This document shows positions 36,145-46,660 of a stretch of 64,000 nucleotides of DNA, in pieces. The notes under the pieces were generated by a model. It was not told the DNA's origin. It did not search any database and worked only from the letters and a program-made list of their open reading frames with translations. A program made the position numbers and the translations under genes. Origin of the DNA: a bacterium (lineage in GTDB: Bacteria > Hydrothermota > Hydrothermia > UBA1063); NCBI GenBank assembly GCA_030019025.1, contig JASEFR010000003.1:19885-83884 (forward strand), given 5' to 3'. The first letter of the stretch is position 1, and each line of letters opens with the position of its first letter.

Positions 36145-37974
36145 ATGGCAAATGGAAAAGAGCTTGAGAGAGTGATTGCAACCGATTGTGGAAGTACGAC
36201 AACTAAGGCTATTTTAATTGAGAAAAAGGAAGAGGGTTACAGGTTAATAACCAGAGGGGAGGCGCCTACTACAGTTGAAGCCCCTTATGAGGACGTAACA
36301 AGGGGAGTCTTAAACGCTTTTAGAGAGGTTGAGGAATTAACCGGTATTACCATTCTTGATGGTGAAACGATTATTAAGCCCAAAAAAGATGATAAAACTG
36401 GTGTGGATATTTATGTATCAACTTCTTCTGCCGGTGGTGGTCTTCAGATGCTGGTTTGTGGTGTCGTTAAAAGCATGACAGCGGAAAGTGCTGCAAGGGC
36501 TGCTTTAGGGGCTGGTGCAATTGTTATGGAAGTGATCGCTTCCAATGACGGTAGAATGCCACATGAACGTGTTGAACTTATCAGAAGATTAAGGCCGGAT
36601 ATGATATTGCTTGCCGGTGGCGTTGATGGAGGTACTATAAAACATGTTGTTGAACTTGCAGAATTAATTAAGGCTGCTGATCCCAAGCCGAGGTTCGGAA
36701 CGGGATATAAGCTACCTGTTATATATGCTGGTAACAAAGATGCAAGGGAGGAGATACAAAAGATACTTGGAGATAAAGTTGCCCTTTATATTGTAGATAA
36801 CATCAGGCCTGTTCTGGAGAGGGAGAATTTAGGACCGGCGAGGCATAAAATCCACGATCTTTTTATGGAGCATGTAATGCAGCATGCTCCAGGATATAAG
36901 AAACTGATGAGCTGGACTGACCACCCTATAATGCCAACCCCGGGTGCGGTGGGCCTTCTTGTTGAAAAAGTGGCAAGAAATGAAAATATAGATGTGCTCG
37001 GGGTTGATATAGGGGGTGCTACAACGGATGTATTTTCGGTTTTTGGTGGTGTTTTTAACAGAACGGTTTCTGCTAACTTGGGAATGAGTTACTCCATTTC
37101 TAACGTCCTTGTTTCCGCTGGTGTTGAGAATATTTTAAGGTGGGTGCCGTTTTCTATTGACGAGAATGATTTGAAAAATAGGATTAGGAATAAGATGATT
37201 AGACCTACTACGATTCCTCAGACACTTGGGGAGTTAATAATTGAGCAGGCGATTGCCAGAGAAGCACTGAGGTTGGCCTTTGAGCATCACAAAACGATGG
37301 CCGTTGGCTTAAAAGGAGTTCAGCAGGAAAGAACAATATCTGAAGCCTTTGCCCAGACTCTCTCAGGCGCTACCCTTGTAGATATGATGTCCCTTGCTTT
37401 GATTATTGGTTCGGGTGGAGTTCTCTCCCATGCACCCCGCCGCGTACAATCTGCTCTTATGATGCTGGATGCTTTTCAGCCTGAAGGTGTTACGATGCTC
37501 TCTGTCGATTCCATATTTATGATGCCTCACTTGGGGGTTTTATCAGAAGTAAATGAAAAGGCTGCAACGGAGGTATTTGACAGGGATTGTCTCATTCGCC
37601 TTGGCTCTTCAATTTGCCCTGTGGGTCTCGATAAAGAGGGTAAAAAGTGCATAGATATCGTGATTCTCAAAAAGGATGGTACAAGAATTGAAAGAAGTGT
37701 GAATTTTGGGGAATTGGTAAGAATCCCTCTTGAAGTTGGTGAGAAAGCAAAGGCAATTATTGAGCCTACTAAGAATTTTGATGTTGGTGCAGGTAAGGGA
37801 AAAAGGCTTGAAACCGAAGTAGAAGGTGGAGTTGTGGGTCTAATTATTGATTGTCGTGGAAGACCTTTGAACATCCCATCAGATCCAAAGGAAAGGGTAG
37901 AGAAATTGTCTTCCTGGGTGAGAGCTCTTGATGTCTATCCAATAGAGCCTTACGAAAAACTTCTGAAGAGATAA
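36145..37974 (+). CDS. GlmL/MutL-like ASKHA (actin-fold) ATPase family protein
   Basis: DCGSTTTK phosphate-1 motif at the N-terminus, LLAGGVDGG, and a second nucleotide-binding motif (GVDIGGATTDVF). These resemble glutamate mutase accessory protein L. No glm mutase genes are adjacent. Confidence 0.5.
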   Translation: MANGKELERVIATDCGSTTTKAILIEKKEEGYRLITRGEAPTTVEAPYEDVTRGVLNAFREVEELTGITILDGETIIKPKKDDKTGVDIYVSTSSAGGGLQMLVCGVVKSMTAESAARAALGAGAIVMEVIASNDGRMPHERVELIRRLRPDMILLAGGVDGGTIKHVVELAELIKAADPKPRFGTGYKLPVIYAGNKDAREEIQKILGDKVALYIVDNIRPVLERENLGPARHKIHDLFMEHVMQHAPGYKKLMSWTDHPIMPTPGAVGLLVEKVARNENIDVLGVDIGGATTDVFSVFGGVFNRTVSANLGMSYSISNVLVSAGVENILRWVPFSIDENDLKNRIRNKMIRPTTIPQTLGELIIEQAIAREALRLAFEHHKTMAVGLKGVQQERTISEAFAQTLSGATLVDMMSLALIIGSGGVLSHAPRRVQSALMMLDAFQPEGVTMLSVDSIFMMPHLGVLSEVNEKAATEVFDRDCLIRLGSSICPVGLDKEGKKCIDIVILKKDGTRIERSVNFGELVRIPLEVGEKAKAIIEPTKNFDVGAGKGKRLETEVEGGVVGLIIDCRGRPLNIPSDPKERVEKLSSWVRALDVYPIEPYEKLLKR

Positions 37975-38017
37975 AGCGGTCTCAAGGAAGAGACGGGGAT
38001 AACAAGGCCTTTTTATA

Positions 38018-38896
38018 ATGTCGGTAAGGCAGGGTGATAGTTCTTTTGAGTATCTTTTAGGCGATTTAGAACACATTTCTAAAAATTTAACCCCGGAAGA
38101 GGAAAGAGAATACCTAAAAAGAGCTAAAGCGGGTGACAAAGAGGCCATTGAAAAAATCGTTGTAGCATGCCTTCCCCAAGTTTTTGAAATAGCTAAGTAT
38201 TTCGCAGGTGTGTTTCAGCTGGGAAATGACGTAATTCCAGATCTTGTTAACGAAGGGAACAGGGGAATTCTAACAGCTATCAAAAGGTTTGACTTTTCCA
38301 AATCCAACCGTTTTTTCTCTTATGCGTGGTATTGGGTTAGGGATTATATGATAAAATTTATAAGGAGTTATCTTGGGGATGTAAAATTTCCCGAAGCGGT
38401 CTTAAAAAAGTTGAGAAAGATAAGGAAAGCCGAAGCTGATCTGATTGCTAGAAGTGGAAAACAACCCACTGATGAAGAGCTTTCAGAGGTATTAAATCTT
38501 TCTCCTCATGAAATAAGAGCGTTGCGTTCAATTTATCTTTCCTCAAGGAGCCTCGATCGTGGTCTTGAAACGGAAGAAGAGGAGAGTAGAGAAAACTTAG
38601 TTGATATTTTGGAACAAAAGGCCCTTCCCTCGCCAGAAAAATACTATGCAGAAGTTAAGATGCACCAACTAATAAAGGAAATTTTCAGTTTTTTGAGTAA
38701 AAAGGAAGCTGAAATAATAAAACTTTATTTTGGTTTTGAAGATGGAAAAAAGCATACCTTGGAGGAGATCGGAGAGAGACTCGGAATATCAAAACAAAGA
38801 GTATCCCAATTACGTGATAGAGCCTTGAAACGACTCAAAGAAAAGTTTGGAGAGCGGATTGTGAATCTTTTCCGAGAACTATATCGAGAAGAGTAA
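38018..38896 (+). CDS. sigma-70 family RNA polymerase sigma factor (regions 2-4; group 3-like)
   Basis: Region 2 (DLVNEGNRGILTAIKRFDFSKSNRFFSYAWYWVRDYM), region 3, and a region 4 HTH (TLEEIGERLGISKQRVSQLRDRALKRL). Confidence 0.8.
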   Translation: MSVRQGDSSFEYLLGDLEHISKNLTPEEEREYLKRAKAGDKEAIEKIVVACLPQVFEIAKYFAGVFQLGNDVIPDLVNEGNRGILTAIKRFDFSKSNRFFSYAWYWVRDYMIKFIRSYLGDVKFPEAVLKKLRKIRKAEADLIARSGKQPTDEELSEVLNLSPHEIRALRSIYLSSRSLDRGLETEEEESRENLVDILEQKALPSPEKYYAEVKMHQLIKEIFSFLSKKEAEIIKLYFGFEDGKKHTLEEIGERLGISKQRVSQLRDRALKRLKEKFGERIVNLFRELYREE

Positions 38897-38958
38897 TAAC
38901 TTTAAAATGTTTTTCGCTACAATAAAGTAAAATCAGTAAATTCCTAACTTTCAGGAGC

Positions 38959-40152
38959 TCACTTTTTATCTTGAAGTATTTTAATCCCTGGCAAATCAAT
39001 CCCTGCTAAAAATTCAAGGGTGGCACCACCGCCAGACGATACATGGCTGAAGGCATCTTCATCGATTTTGGCTTTTTCAAGGACCGTAAGGGTGTCACCG
39101 CCTCCTATAACAGAAAACAGACCTTTTGATGTTTTATAAGCCACCGCTTTTAATAACTCTATACTACCTTTAGCAAATTCTTCAATTTCAATTACTCCAA
39201 GGGGGCCATTCCAAAAAAGGGTGCCTGAATCTGGAAGTGCAGAAATATATCGTGTAACGGTTTTGGGACCTATATCCACACCAATCATGTCATCAGGTAT
39301 TTCTTTAACTGCCTTGTAGGTGCAACCTTCTTCCAATTTATCGGCTACCACGTGGTCTTCAGGAAGAATGATCTTTTCTGTGGCCAAGAATTCCTTTACT
39401 TGGTCTAACATATCTTTATCGAGAATTGACTTCCCAATTTTTTGTCCGAGAGCGTAAAGAAAAGTGTAAGCCATTCCACCACCGATCATCAAAGCATCTG
39501 CTTTAGGCAATAGATACTTTATTATTCCTATTTTATCCTTTACCTTTGCACCACCGAGAATTACTACAAATGGATGTTCAGGATTGTCTCTTACCTTAGA
39601 TAGCACTTCAATTTCTTTTTTCATCAGAAGACCTGCAAGACGGATTTCCATGTATTCAGCCATGCCGTAAGTTGAAGCATGTGCCCTGTGGGCGGTGGCG
39701 AAGGCGTCATTTACATAAACATCAAAGTATGAAGCCAGCTTTTTCGAAAATTCAGGATCGTTCTTCTCTTCTTCTTTATAAAATCTTACGTTTTCCAGCA
39801 ATAAAATTTCTCCATCATTTAGTTGTTGGATAGCTTTTTCGACTTTTTCACCAATACAATCATCAACAAATTTCACTTCTCTTTGGATAATCTTAGAAAG
39901 GTGCTCTGCAACGGGTTTTAGAGAGTATTTCAGATCTTTTCCTTTGGGACGCCCTAAATGGGAGGCGAGAATTACCTTGGCTTCCCTGTCAAGGAGATAG
40001 GTGATTGTTGGTAGCGTTTTTCTAATTCTTGTGTCATCTACAATTTTCCCATCATTGTCGATAGGAACGTTGAAATCTACCCTTACGAAAACCTTTTTGC
40101 CCTTAAATAAATCATCCGATACGTCTAATATGGAGAGCTTATTGAGGCTCAT
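38959..40152 (-). CDS. pgk: phosphoglycerate kinase
   Basis: N-terminal RVDFNVP, the hinge and C-terminal GGGA/GGGD motifs. The start was chosen at MSLNKLSILD, which gives a 4-nt ATGA overlap with the gap stop. Confidence 0.9.
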   Translation of the reverse strand: MSLNKLSILDVSDDLFKGKKVFVRVDFNVPIDNDGKIVDDTRIRKTLPTITYLLDREAKVILASHLGRPKGKDLKYSLKPVAEHLSKIIQREVKFVDDCIGEKVEKAIQQLNDGEILLLENVRFYKEEEKNDPEFSKKLASYFDVYVNDAFATAHRAHASTYGMAEYMEIRLAGLLMKKEIEVLSKVRDNPEHPFVVILGGAKVKDKIGIIKYLLPKADALMIGGGMAYTFLYALGQKIGKSILDKDMLDQVKEFLATEKIILPEDHVVADKLEEGCTYKAVKEIPDDMIGVDIGPKTVTRYISALPDSGTLFWNGPLGVIEIEEFAKGSIELLKAVAYKTSKGLFSVIGGGDTLTVLEKAKIDEDAFSHVSSGGGATLEFLAGIDLPGIKILQDKK

Positions 40153-41144
40153 AATCTCTCCCCAACATATTCGATTAGGTCCACCAACCTTGTAGAATAA
40201 CCCCATTCATTGTCATACCAACCGTAAACCTTTACAAGTGTTCCGTTTACTACCTGCGTAAGGGTAGCGTCGAAAATTACAGAGTGTGAATCGCCGACAA
40301 AGTCTATGGAGACGAGGGGTTCCTCGCAATACATTAAATATTTAGAAGCAGACTTTTTAAATGCTTCATTAACTTCTTGGGGTGAAGTTGCTTTTTCTAC
40401 CTCACACGCGAAGTCCACTATGGATACATCTGCTACGGGTACCCTTAGAGCATGTGCCTCTATTTTTCCTTTAAGTTCCGGGTATATTTCAAAAATGGTT
40501 TTGGCTGCCCCTGTGGAAGTTGGGATGATTGAAAGTCCTGCAGCTCTTGCTCTTCTTACATCTTTATGAGGCTGGTCAAGGATTCGCTGATCGTTGGTAT
40601 AAGCATGTACGGTCGTCATGACGCCTCTCTTAATATGGAAGTTTTCATGAAGTACTTTTACTAAGTGTGCAAAGGCATTTGTGGTACAAGAAGCGTTAGA
40701 AATTACATGGTGCTTCTCCGGGTCGTAGATGTGTTCATTCACTCCCATTACTATGGTTGCATCAATCTCACCTTTTGCTGGTGCAGAGATAATAACTTTC
40801 TTAACTGTATCTTTTAAATGTACTGAAGCTTTCTCCTTATTGGTAAATAATCCTGTTGACTCTACTACGATCTGGGCACCTACCTCACCCCAATTAATTG
40901 CTGAAGGATCTTTTTCCTTGAAAACTTTGATGCGTTGGGAGTCCACGATAATATAATCTCCCTCTACCTTAACTTCCTTATCGTATTTGCGAAAAACGGA
41001 GTCATATTTTAAGAGTGTGGCAAGAATCTCAGGCTCTGCAAGATCATTAACTGCGACAAACTCAAGGTTTTTCCTTTCAAAGCCAATCTTTAAAATTTGT
41101 CTTCCGATTCTACCAAACCCATTTATTGCCACCTTTACTGCCAT
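40149..41144 (-). CDS. gap: glyceraldehyde-3-phosphate dehydrogenase
   Basis: NGFGRIGR NAD-binding motif and the ASCTTNA catalytic Cys motif. Confidence 0.9.
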   Translation of the reverse strand: MAVKVAINGFGRIGRQILKIGFERKNLEFVAVNDLAEPEILATLLKYDSVFRKYDKEVKVEGDYIIVDSQRIKVFKEKDPSAINWGEVGAQIVVESTGLFTNKEKASVHLKDTVKKVIISAPAKGEIDATIVMGVNEHIYDPEKHHVISNASCTTNAFAHLVKVLHENFHIKRGVMTTVHAYTNDQRILDQPHKDVRRARAAGLSIIPTSTGAAKTIFEIYPELKGKIEAHALRVPVADVSIVDFACEVEKATSPQEVNEAFKKSASKYLMYCEEPLVSIDFVGDSHSVIFDATLTQVVNGTLVKVYGWYDNEWGYSTRLVDLIEYVGERL

Positions 41145-41164
41145 TGTGCCCTCCTTCTTACAAA

Positions 41165-41350
41165 TTAAATGTTTTCTGCCCTTTCTTCCTCTATTTTTCG
41201 TTTAATTTGCTCTGCCAGATTTTGAGCAAGTGATTTTATTTTCTCTCTGTTTTCTCTCCCCGTTGATGGGGAGAAAAGTAAGCCTAATATTGCTCCAACC
41301 AGCACGCCCCCTATGAAGGGTAATACGAGGTTTTCTTTTTCTTCACACAT
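41165..41350 (-). CDS. small YtxH-like membrane protein
   Basis: A single N-terminal TM followed by a charged helix (NREKIKSLAQNLAEQIKRK). Confidence 0.4.
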   Translation of the reverse strand: MCEEKENLVLPFIGGVLVGAILGLLFSPSTGRENREKIKSLAQNLAEQIKRKIEEERAENI

Positions 41351-41351
41351 T

Positions 41352-41663
41352 TTATTCCTCCCTTCTTTTTTTGATTAGGGTGCTTACAAGTTTTAAAAAA
41401 GAGTTTATTGGGATTAAAAGAGATGAAATCTTTGATACCTGTCTTACGCCCTTTTCAAAGTCTTGACTTATTATTCTTACTTTTAACGTGGTTATTCTTA
41501 AATTCTCCAAAATTTCGGGAATTTGAGCCTCAAGAATATCTACAAGCCTATTAATCTTTTTCACACTCTCGTTCAATCGGAATAGCAGAATGATCAAATA
41601 AATCTGCATTCCAATAAAGACCCCTAAAGCTAATATTATTAAAATACCAATCGCCACATTCAT
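41352..41663 (-). CDS. DUF948-like membrane protein
   Basis: N-terminal TM plus coiled region. It is adjacent to and co-oriented with the small gene above. Confidence 0.4.
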   Translation of the reverse strand: MNVAIGILIILALGVFIGMQIYLIILLFRLNESVKKINRLVDILEAQIPEILENLRITTLKVRIISQDFEKGVRQVSKISSLLIPINSFLKLVSTLIKKRREE

Positions 41664-41713
41664 ATTAAAACTTATAAGGCTTAACCCTTAGTTAGTCAAA
41701 CGGCATTTAAATT

Positions 41714-41730
41714 TTACAAATTGTTTGTAA
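41714..41730. repeat. 7-bp inverted repeat TTACAAA-TTG-TTTGTAA upstream of tkt
   Basis: A perfect palindrome in the 157-nt intergenic region, ~90 nt upstream of the tkt start codon. Confidence 0.3.
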
Positions 41731-41820
41731 GTCAAATAGCAGCGAACTTCATCTGAGCTTTTAATTAACTATACTCGCTTTTTTGTTTGGAAACAGGAGT
41801 TTATAATTTAGAAAAAGGAG

Positions 41821-43755
41821 TTGTTTATGTCCTTTGATAAGGAATTTTTAACAGAGGAGGATTTGGCTCAACTTGAAAAGCTGGGCAAGTTAGTTAGAGG
41901 CGACATTCTAAAAATGACAACCCTTGCACGGTCAGGGCATCCTGGTGGGTCTATGTCTTCCTGTGATATATATTTGGTAGTGTGGAAATATGCACGGGTA
42001 AATCCTAGTGATCCTGATTGGGATGATAGAGACAGAATTGTAGTCTCTCACGGTCACACATCCCCCGGAGTTTATGCGGTTCTGGGAAGGCTTGGATTTT
42101 TTGATATAGATGATGCCATAGCATACTTCAGACTTGCAGGTTCTCCTTTCGAAGGTCATATAGAAAGAGAAATTCCCGGTGTGGAATGGACGACTGGTAA
42201 CCTGGGACAGGGGCTTTCTGCAGGGGTTGGATTTGCTCTCGCTGGAAGAATCCTCAATAAGGATTATCATGTTTTCGTTTTGATGAGTGATGCAGAGCAG
42301 GCTAAAGGTCAGGTGGCTGAAGCAAGGAGGATTGCAAAGAAATACAATTTAACCAATATCACCGTGATTATTGATTACAACGATAAACAAATTTCTGGAA
42401 ATGCCCATGATGTGATGCCTGTAAACATAAAGGCGAATTATGAAGCGGATGGATGGAAGGTTTTTGAGGTAGATGGTCACAACTATCAGGAGATTTACCA
42501 AGCTATAAGAAAAGCGCTAAATGAGAAAGATTATCCTGTCTGTATTATTGCTAAAACTGTTATGGGCAAAGGCGTTTCTTTTATGGAAAATGTAGAGGCC
42601 TATCATGGCAAACCCCTGACAGTGGAAGAATACCGGAAGGCTTTAAACGAACTTGGAGTGGAAGACAATCTGGAATATTATGTGGAAAAGAGAAAATCAA
42701 AACAATTTCCCACCTTCGGGAGAAAGCTAAAATACCAAGTCAACTTCAATAGTGCAGAATTCAAAATTTATAACCCGGCTGAGAAGGTTGCAACAAGGGT
42801 AGCGGTAGGTGAACAGCTCACAAGGATTGGAAAAGCAAATCTGGTTAATCAAAGATTCACTCCTTTTGCGGTTTTTGATTGTGACTTAGCAGAATCATTA
42901 AGATTTGTCGAGTTTTCTAAACATTTTCCTCAATATTTCTTTGAATTTGGTGTTCAGGAGCATTCAACTGCAACAGTCGCAGGTGCTTTAAGTACTCAGG
43001 GTGTGATAGGTGTATTTGGAGATTTTGGGGTTTTTGGCGTTGATGAAACATACAATCAGCACAGGCTAAATGATATAAACCATACTAACCTCAAATTAGT
43101 TATTTCTCACATAGGCATTGATGTTGGAGAAGATGGTAAAACCCATCATTGTATTGACTACATTGGGATATTGCGAAACCTATATAACTTTAAACTCATT
43201 ATCCCTGGAGATGCTAATCAGGCTCAAAAGGCTTTGAATTACATTATGAGCGAATATGGAAACTTTGTTATAGCGGTAGGACGTTCAAACTGGCCTGTAA
43301 TTCCTGATAGAAATGGTTTGCCCTTTTATGGAGAAAATTATGTGTTTAAATACGGTGTCGCAGACATCATTAGGTATGGAATCCATGGAACCTTGATTGC
43401 TTATGGCCCTACTTTGGCGATGGCCCTCGAAGTTTTCGAGAGATTGAAAAGCAATGGAAAAGAGCTTACAGTTATCAATATTTCAACGCCTTTTTGCCTT
43501 GACGAGGATGTTCTTTTAAGGGAGGAAATAGTAAAAAGGCCCATTTTTGTTTATGAAGACCATAACATACGCAGTGGATTAGGAACAATACTCTCAGATT
43601 TTTATCTTTCTAAAGGGAAGTGTGTTAATGTTTTTAAGTTTGGCTTAGAAAATTATTCGGTTTCAGGAGCAGCAGGAGACCTTTACGAAGTAAACAATCT
43701 TTCACCTTCAAAGGTTTCAGAGAGAATTCTTGACATTTTAAAAAGTTTGGAATAA
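41821..43755 (+). CDS. tkt: transketolase
   Basis: The TPP-binding N-terminal motif SGHPGGSMS and GDG-like motifs. The 644-aa length gives a single-chain enzyme. Confidence 0.9.
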   Translation: MFMSFDKEFLTEEDLAQLEKLGKLVRGDILKMTTLARSGHPGGSMSSCDIYLVVWKYARVNPSDPDWDDRDRIVVSHGHTSPGVYAVLGRLGFFDIDDAIAYFRLAGSPFEGHIEREIPGVEWTTGNLGQGLSAGVGFALAGRILNKDYHVFVLMSDAEQAKGQVAEARRIAKKYNLTNITVIIDYNDKQISGNAHDVMPVNIKANYEADGWKVFEVDGHNYQEIYQAIRKALNEKDYPVCIIAKTVMGKGVSFMENVEAYHGKPLTVEEYRKALNELGVEDNLEYYVEKRKSKQFPTFGRKLKYQVNFNSAEFKIYNPAEKVATRVAVGEQLTRIGKANLVNQRFTPFAVFDCDLAESLRFVEFSKHFPQYFFEFGVQEHSTATVAGALSTQGVIGVFGDFGVFGVDETYNQHRLNDINHTNLKLVISHIGIDVGEDGKTHHCIDYIGILRNLYNFKLIIPGDANQAQKALNYIMSEYGNFVIAVGRSNWPVIPDRNGLPFYGENYVFKYGVADIIRYGIHGTLIAYGPTLAMALEVFERLKSNGKELTVINISTPFCLDEDVLLREEIVKRPIFVYEDHNIRSGLGTILSDFYLSKGKCVNVFKFGLENYSVSGAAGDLYEVNNLSPSKVSERILDILKSLE

Positions 43756-43784
43756 ACTGAATTAAATACGGAAGAGGAGGTGCT

Positions 43785-44078
43785 ATGAACATTGTAATTA
43801 CTGCTAAAAACTTTGAGGTGACAGATGCTCTGAAAGAATATATTGTAAAAAGGCTTGGTGTGCTGGATAAGTTTGCCGATTATATAATAAGTGTTGAACT
43901 CACCATGGAAGAACAAAGGGGTAGATATTCCGGAACCTTGGTCGTAAAGGTGAAAGGCCAGACTCTTACCGTGAAATCTATGGAGAAAGACCCTTATATT
44001 TTAATTGATGAAATTAAAGATCGTATAAAGCATCAGATGGTTAAGTATGAAGAAAAGCTTCAAGATAGAAGAGCCTGA
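43785..44078 (+). CDS. hpf: ribosome hibernation promoting factor (short HPF/RaiA)
   Basis: 97 aa. The N-terminal MNIVITAKNFEVTDALKEYI is the canonical HPF start. Confidence 0.85.
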   Translation: MNIVITAKNFEVTDALKEYIVKRLGVLDKFADYIISVELTMEEQRGRYSGTLVVKVKGQTLTVKSMEKDPYILIDEIKDRIKHQMVKYEEKLQDRRA

Positions 44079-45012
44079 GTATGTACTTTTCAAAGACTTG
44101 TTTCGCCTTTTGGCCGATGAAGAAGATGTTGAATTAGTTAGTAAAGTTGAAGAATTTGAAAGGATTAGAGTTTTTGAGAGAAGGCTAATAGAATTTCCTG
44201 AATTTTTTAAATCTAAGGAAGGCACTAAAAAAAGTGGTTTACTTTTTTGGACTCGTGATACCGCTTCTCTTTTAAATCAAAAGGAAAAATTAGATGAACT
44301 GATTCAGGGAGTAAATAGTGGTAAAATCACGGGGCTAATTGTAGATAATTCCACTTACAACGAGATTTTTGGAAGAATGGGGAGTCTGGCTAACAAGTTG
44401 CCTATCATTGTATATAAGGGCAATGAGATCGACTATTTTAAAAGTAGAGTTAACTCTCACCTAGCCTTTTGTTTCTCCCCTTACTCAATCTGTCACGGTA
44501 GTGCTGTTGAGGTATTTGGAGAAGGTGTCCTTGTAATTGGCAAATCAGGCAGTGGAAAATCCGAATGTGTACTTGAACTTATTGAGCGCGGTCATCTCTT
44601 TATTGCAGACGACCTTGTAAAGTTAGTCAACTACCCGCCTACATCTATTCTTCTGATGTCGGGTTCTCAGAGTGAGAATTTCAAATTTTTTATGGAGTTG
44701 AGAGGAATAGGTATAATTGATGTTCTAAGGACTTTTGGACCAGCGAGGGTTAAAGTTAAAGGAGAACTTACGATGGTTGTTGAAATAACTTCTCAGGAGT
44801 CAGAGAAAGGATCCTACACAGAAAATCGGAGTGTTCAATTATTCGGAAAAAAAGTGCCGTTTCTTTCTTTTTCCGTGAAAGAAAGGGGATTGATACCTAC
44901 CAGAATTGAGACTTCCGTCCTAAAATATAAACTTAAAAAATTCGGTTTTGAAGCTGATCGAGTGATTAAAAGGGTACTTGGAGGGGGACGTGATAAAGAA
45001 GCTCCCAGATGA
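44047..45012 (+). CDS. hprK: HPr kinase/phosphorylase
   Basis: Walker A GKSGSGKSE, followed by the LELIERGHLFIADD signature and the capping motif. Confidence 0.85.
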   Translation: MKKSFKIEEPEYVLFKDLFRLLADEEDVELVSKVEEFERIRVFERRLIEFPEFFKSKEGTKKSGLLFWTRDTASLLNQKEKLDELIQGVNSGKITGLIVDNSTYNEIFGRMGSLANKLPIIVYKGNEIDYFKSRVNSHLAFCFSPYSICHGSAVEVFGEGVLVIGKSGSGKSECVLELIERGHLFIADDLVKLVNYPPTSILLMSGSQSENFKFFMELRGIGIIDVLRTFGPARVKVKGELTMVVEITSQESEKGSYTENRSVQLFGKKVPFLSFSVKERGLIPTRIETSVLKYKLKKFGFEADRVIKRVLGGGRDKEAPR

Positions 45013-46657
45013 AGTCATAAAAAAAATATCGGCTGGGGAAGTTGTAGAGAACCCTGCTTCCTGTGTGAGGGAGCTTATTGAGAATAGTCTTGATGCTGAT
45101 GCTAAGCATATTAAAGTGAGTATTTGGGGAGGTGGAATTGATGTTATCGAGGTCGAGGATGATGGAATTGGAATGCCTCCTGAGGAGATTCCTTTGGCAG
45201 TTCAGCGTTTTACAACCAGTAAGATATCATCTTTTGAAGACCTTAAACATCTTAAAACATTAGGATTTAGGGGCGAAGCCTTGTATGCTATTGCACAGGT
45301 TTCCAATCTCACCATAGTATCCTCTGCCAGTGACGATGTTGTATCAGGTTGGGAGTGCATTTTTGATGCGGGAGAGCTTACTTCTTCAAAACCTGCACCA
45401 AGGAAAAGAGGAACGACGGTTGTTGTTAAAGATTTGTTTTTTAATTTACCCGTAAGGAGAAATTTTTTGCTCTCTAAAAGGGAAGAAGGAAAGCGTGTTT
45501 TTGAGGAATTGATTTCATACGCTTTGTGGCATACCGAAGTTTACTTTGAATATTATGAGGATGGTTCTAAAAAACTGGATTTGCCACCGGGCGATTTTGC
45601 ACAAAGAATAATTTCGGTTTTTGGGAAGGAATTCATTGAAAGGGCAATTTTATTTAATTATAGAGATGAGTATCTGTCCATAGAGGGATTTATTGAAAAG
45701 CCAGAGATGGTTGATCAGAAAGGACATGAGCAGATTATACTGGTAAATGGTAGGAGGGTAAGAGGGGATCAGTTGAGAAGAGTTATATATAGGTCATTCG
45801 AAAAACCTTATGGGCAACCGGATTTTGTCATCAAAATTGAGATTGAACCTGAGTTTGTAGATTTCAATATCCATCCCCAGAAAAGAGAAGTTAAAGTGGC
45901 ACCGTATATTCGAATAACAGAAAAACTTTATAAGGCTTTAACTAATAGTTTCAGACAATACTCAAAAGAGATTGTTGATTCCATTAAAGTTCATATAGAT
46001 TCATTGTCTTCTGCCAGAGTATCTGAACAGTATGGCGGCACAAGACAGCTTGAATTTGGTGAGGCGTTTCAATCCTTAACTTTAAAGAATGTACCTAAGG
46101 AAGGTCAAACGGATTTGCTGAATATCTGGCAAGCTCATAAATCTTATATTTTTGTGCAAACCAGTAACGGAATTATGATTATTGATCAGCATGCAGCACA
46201 CGAGAGAATTATTTATGAGAAACTAAGAAAGAAAGATTTTTCGAGTCAAATGCTGATGTTTCCAATACTTGTAGAACTTTCTGCGAAGGAAAAGAAAATT
46301 TTTGATATGTATAAGGAACTTTTTAATTCTTTTGGATTTGACTTCAGATTTTTAGGTTCAGGTTCCCTTGTAATCGATAAAGTTCCTGCCATTTTTAGGA
46401 GTGTGAAGAAGGAAGACATCAAAGATTTAATTGCATCTCTCGACGAATCTCCAAGCTTACCAGATAGACTCGAAAATTTTCTTAAAACTGTTGCTTGCAA
46501 ATCCGCCATAAAATTTGGCGACGAGCTGTCAAAGGAGGAAATGGAAAAGTTGGTGGATGAATTGATGGCTTCAGATACCCCGTTTTATTGCCCGCACGGA
46601 AGGCCGACCATATACTTTATTTCCCTTGATGAATTGGCATCGAAATTCGAGAGGTGA
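44978..46657 (+). CDS. mutL: DNA mismatch repair protein MutL (possibly GTG start at 44990)
   Basis: GHKL ATPase N-terminus (IKKISAGEVVENPASCVRELIENSLDA) and a C-terminal dimerisation domain. It overlaps the hprK 3' end. Confidence 0.85.
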   Translation: MEGDVIKKLPDEVIKKISAGEVVENPASCVRELIENSLDADAKHIKVSIWGGGIDVIEVEDDGIGMPPEEIPLAVQRFTTSKISSFEDLKHLKTLGFRGEALYAIAQVSNLTIVSSASDDVVSGWECIFDAGELTSSKPAPRKRGTTVVVKDLFFNLPVRRNFLLSKREEGKRVFEELISYALWHTEVYFEYYEDGSKKLDLPPGDFAQRIISVFGKEFIERAILFNYRDEYLSIEGFIEKPEMVDQKGHEQIILVNGRRVRGDQLRRVIYRSFEKPYGQPDFVIKIEIEPEFVDFNIHPQKREVKVAPYIRITEKLYKALTNSFRQYSKEIVDSIKVHIDSLSSARVSEQYGGTRQLEFGEAFQSLTLKNVPKEGQTDLLNIWQAHKSYIFVQTSNGIMIIDQHAAHERIIYEKLRKKDFSSQMLMFPILVELSAKEKKIFDMYKELFNSFGFDFRFLGSGSLVIDKVPAIFRSVKKEDIKDLIASLDESPSLPDRLENFLKTVACKSAIKFGDELSKEEMEKLVDELMASDTPFYCPHGRPTIYFISLDELASKFER

Positions 46658-46660
46658 ATT

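Noticed and set aside
38897-38958. Possible terminator between sigma factor gene and pgk (GAGCTC followed by T-run)
   Set aside because: The stem is only 6 bp. It is not convincing as an intrinsic terminator.
41664-41820. Possible riboswitch or T-box in the 157-nt leader of tkt
   Set aside because: There are no conserved riboswitch cores (TPP, SAM, c-di-GMP, glycine) or T-box specifier/antiterminator sequences. Only a short palindrome is present, and it is reported as a feature.
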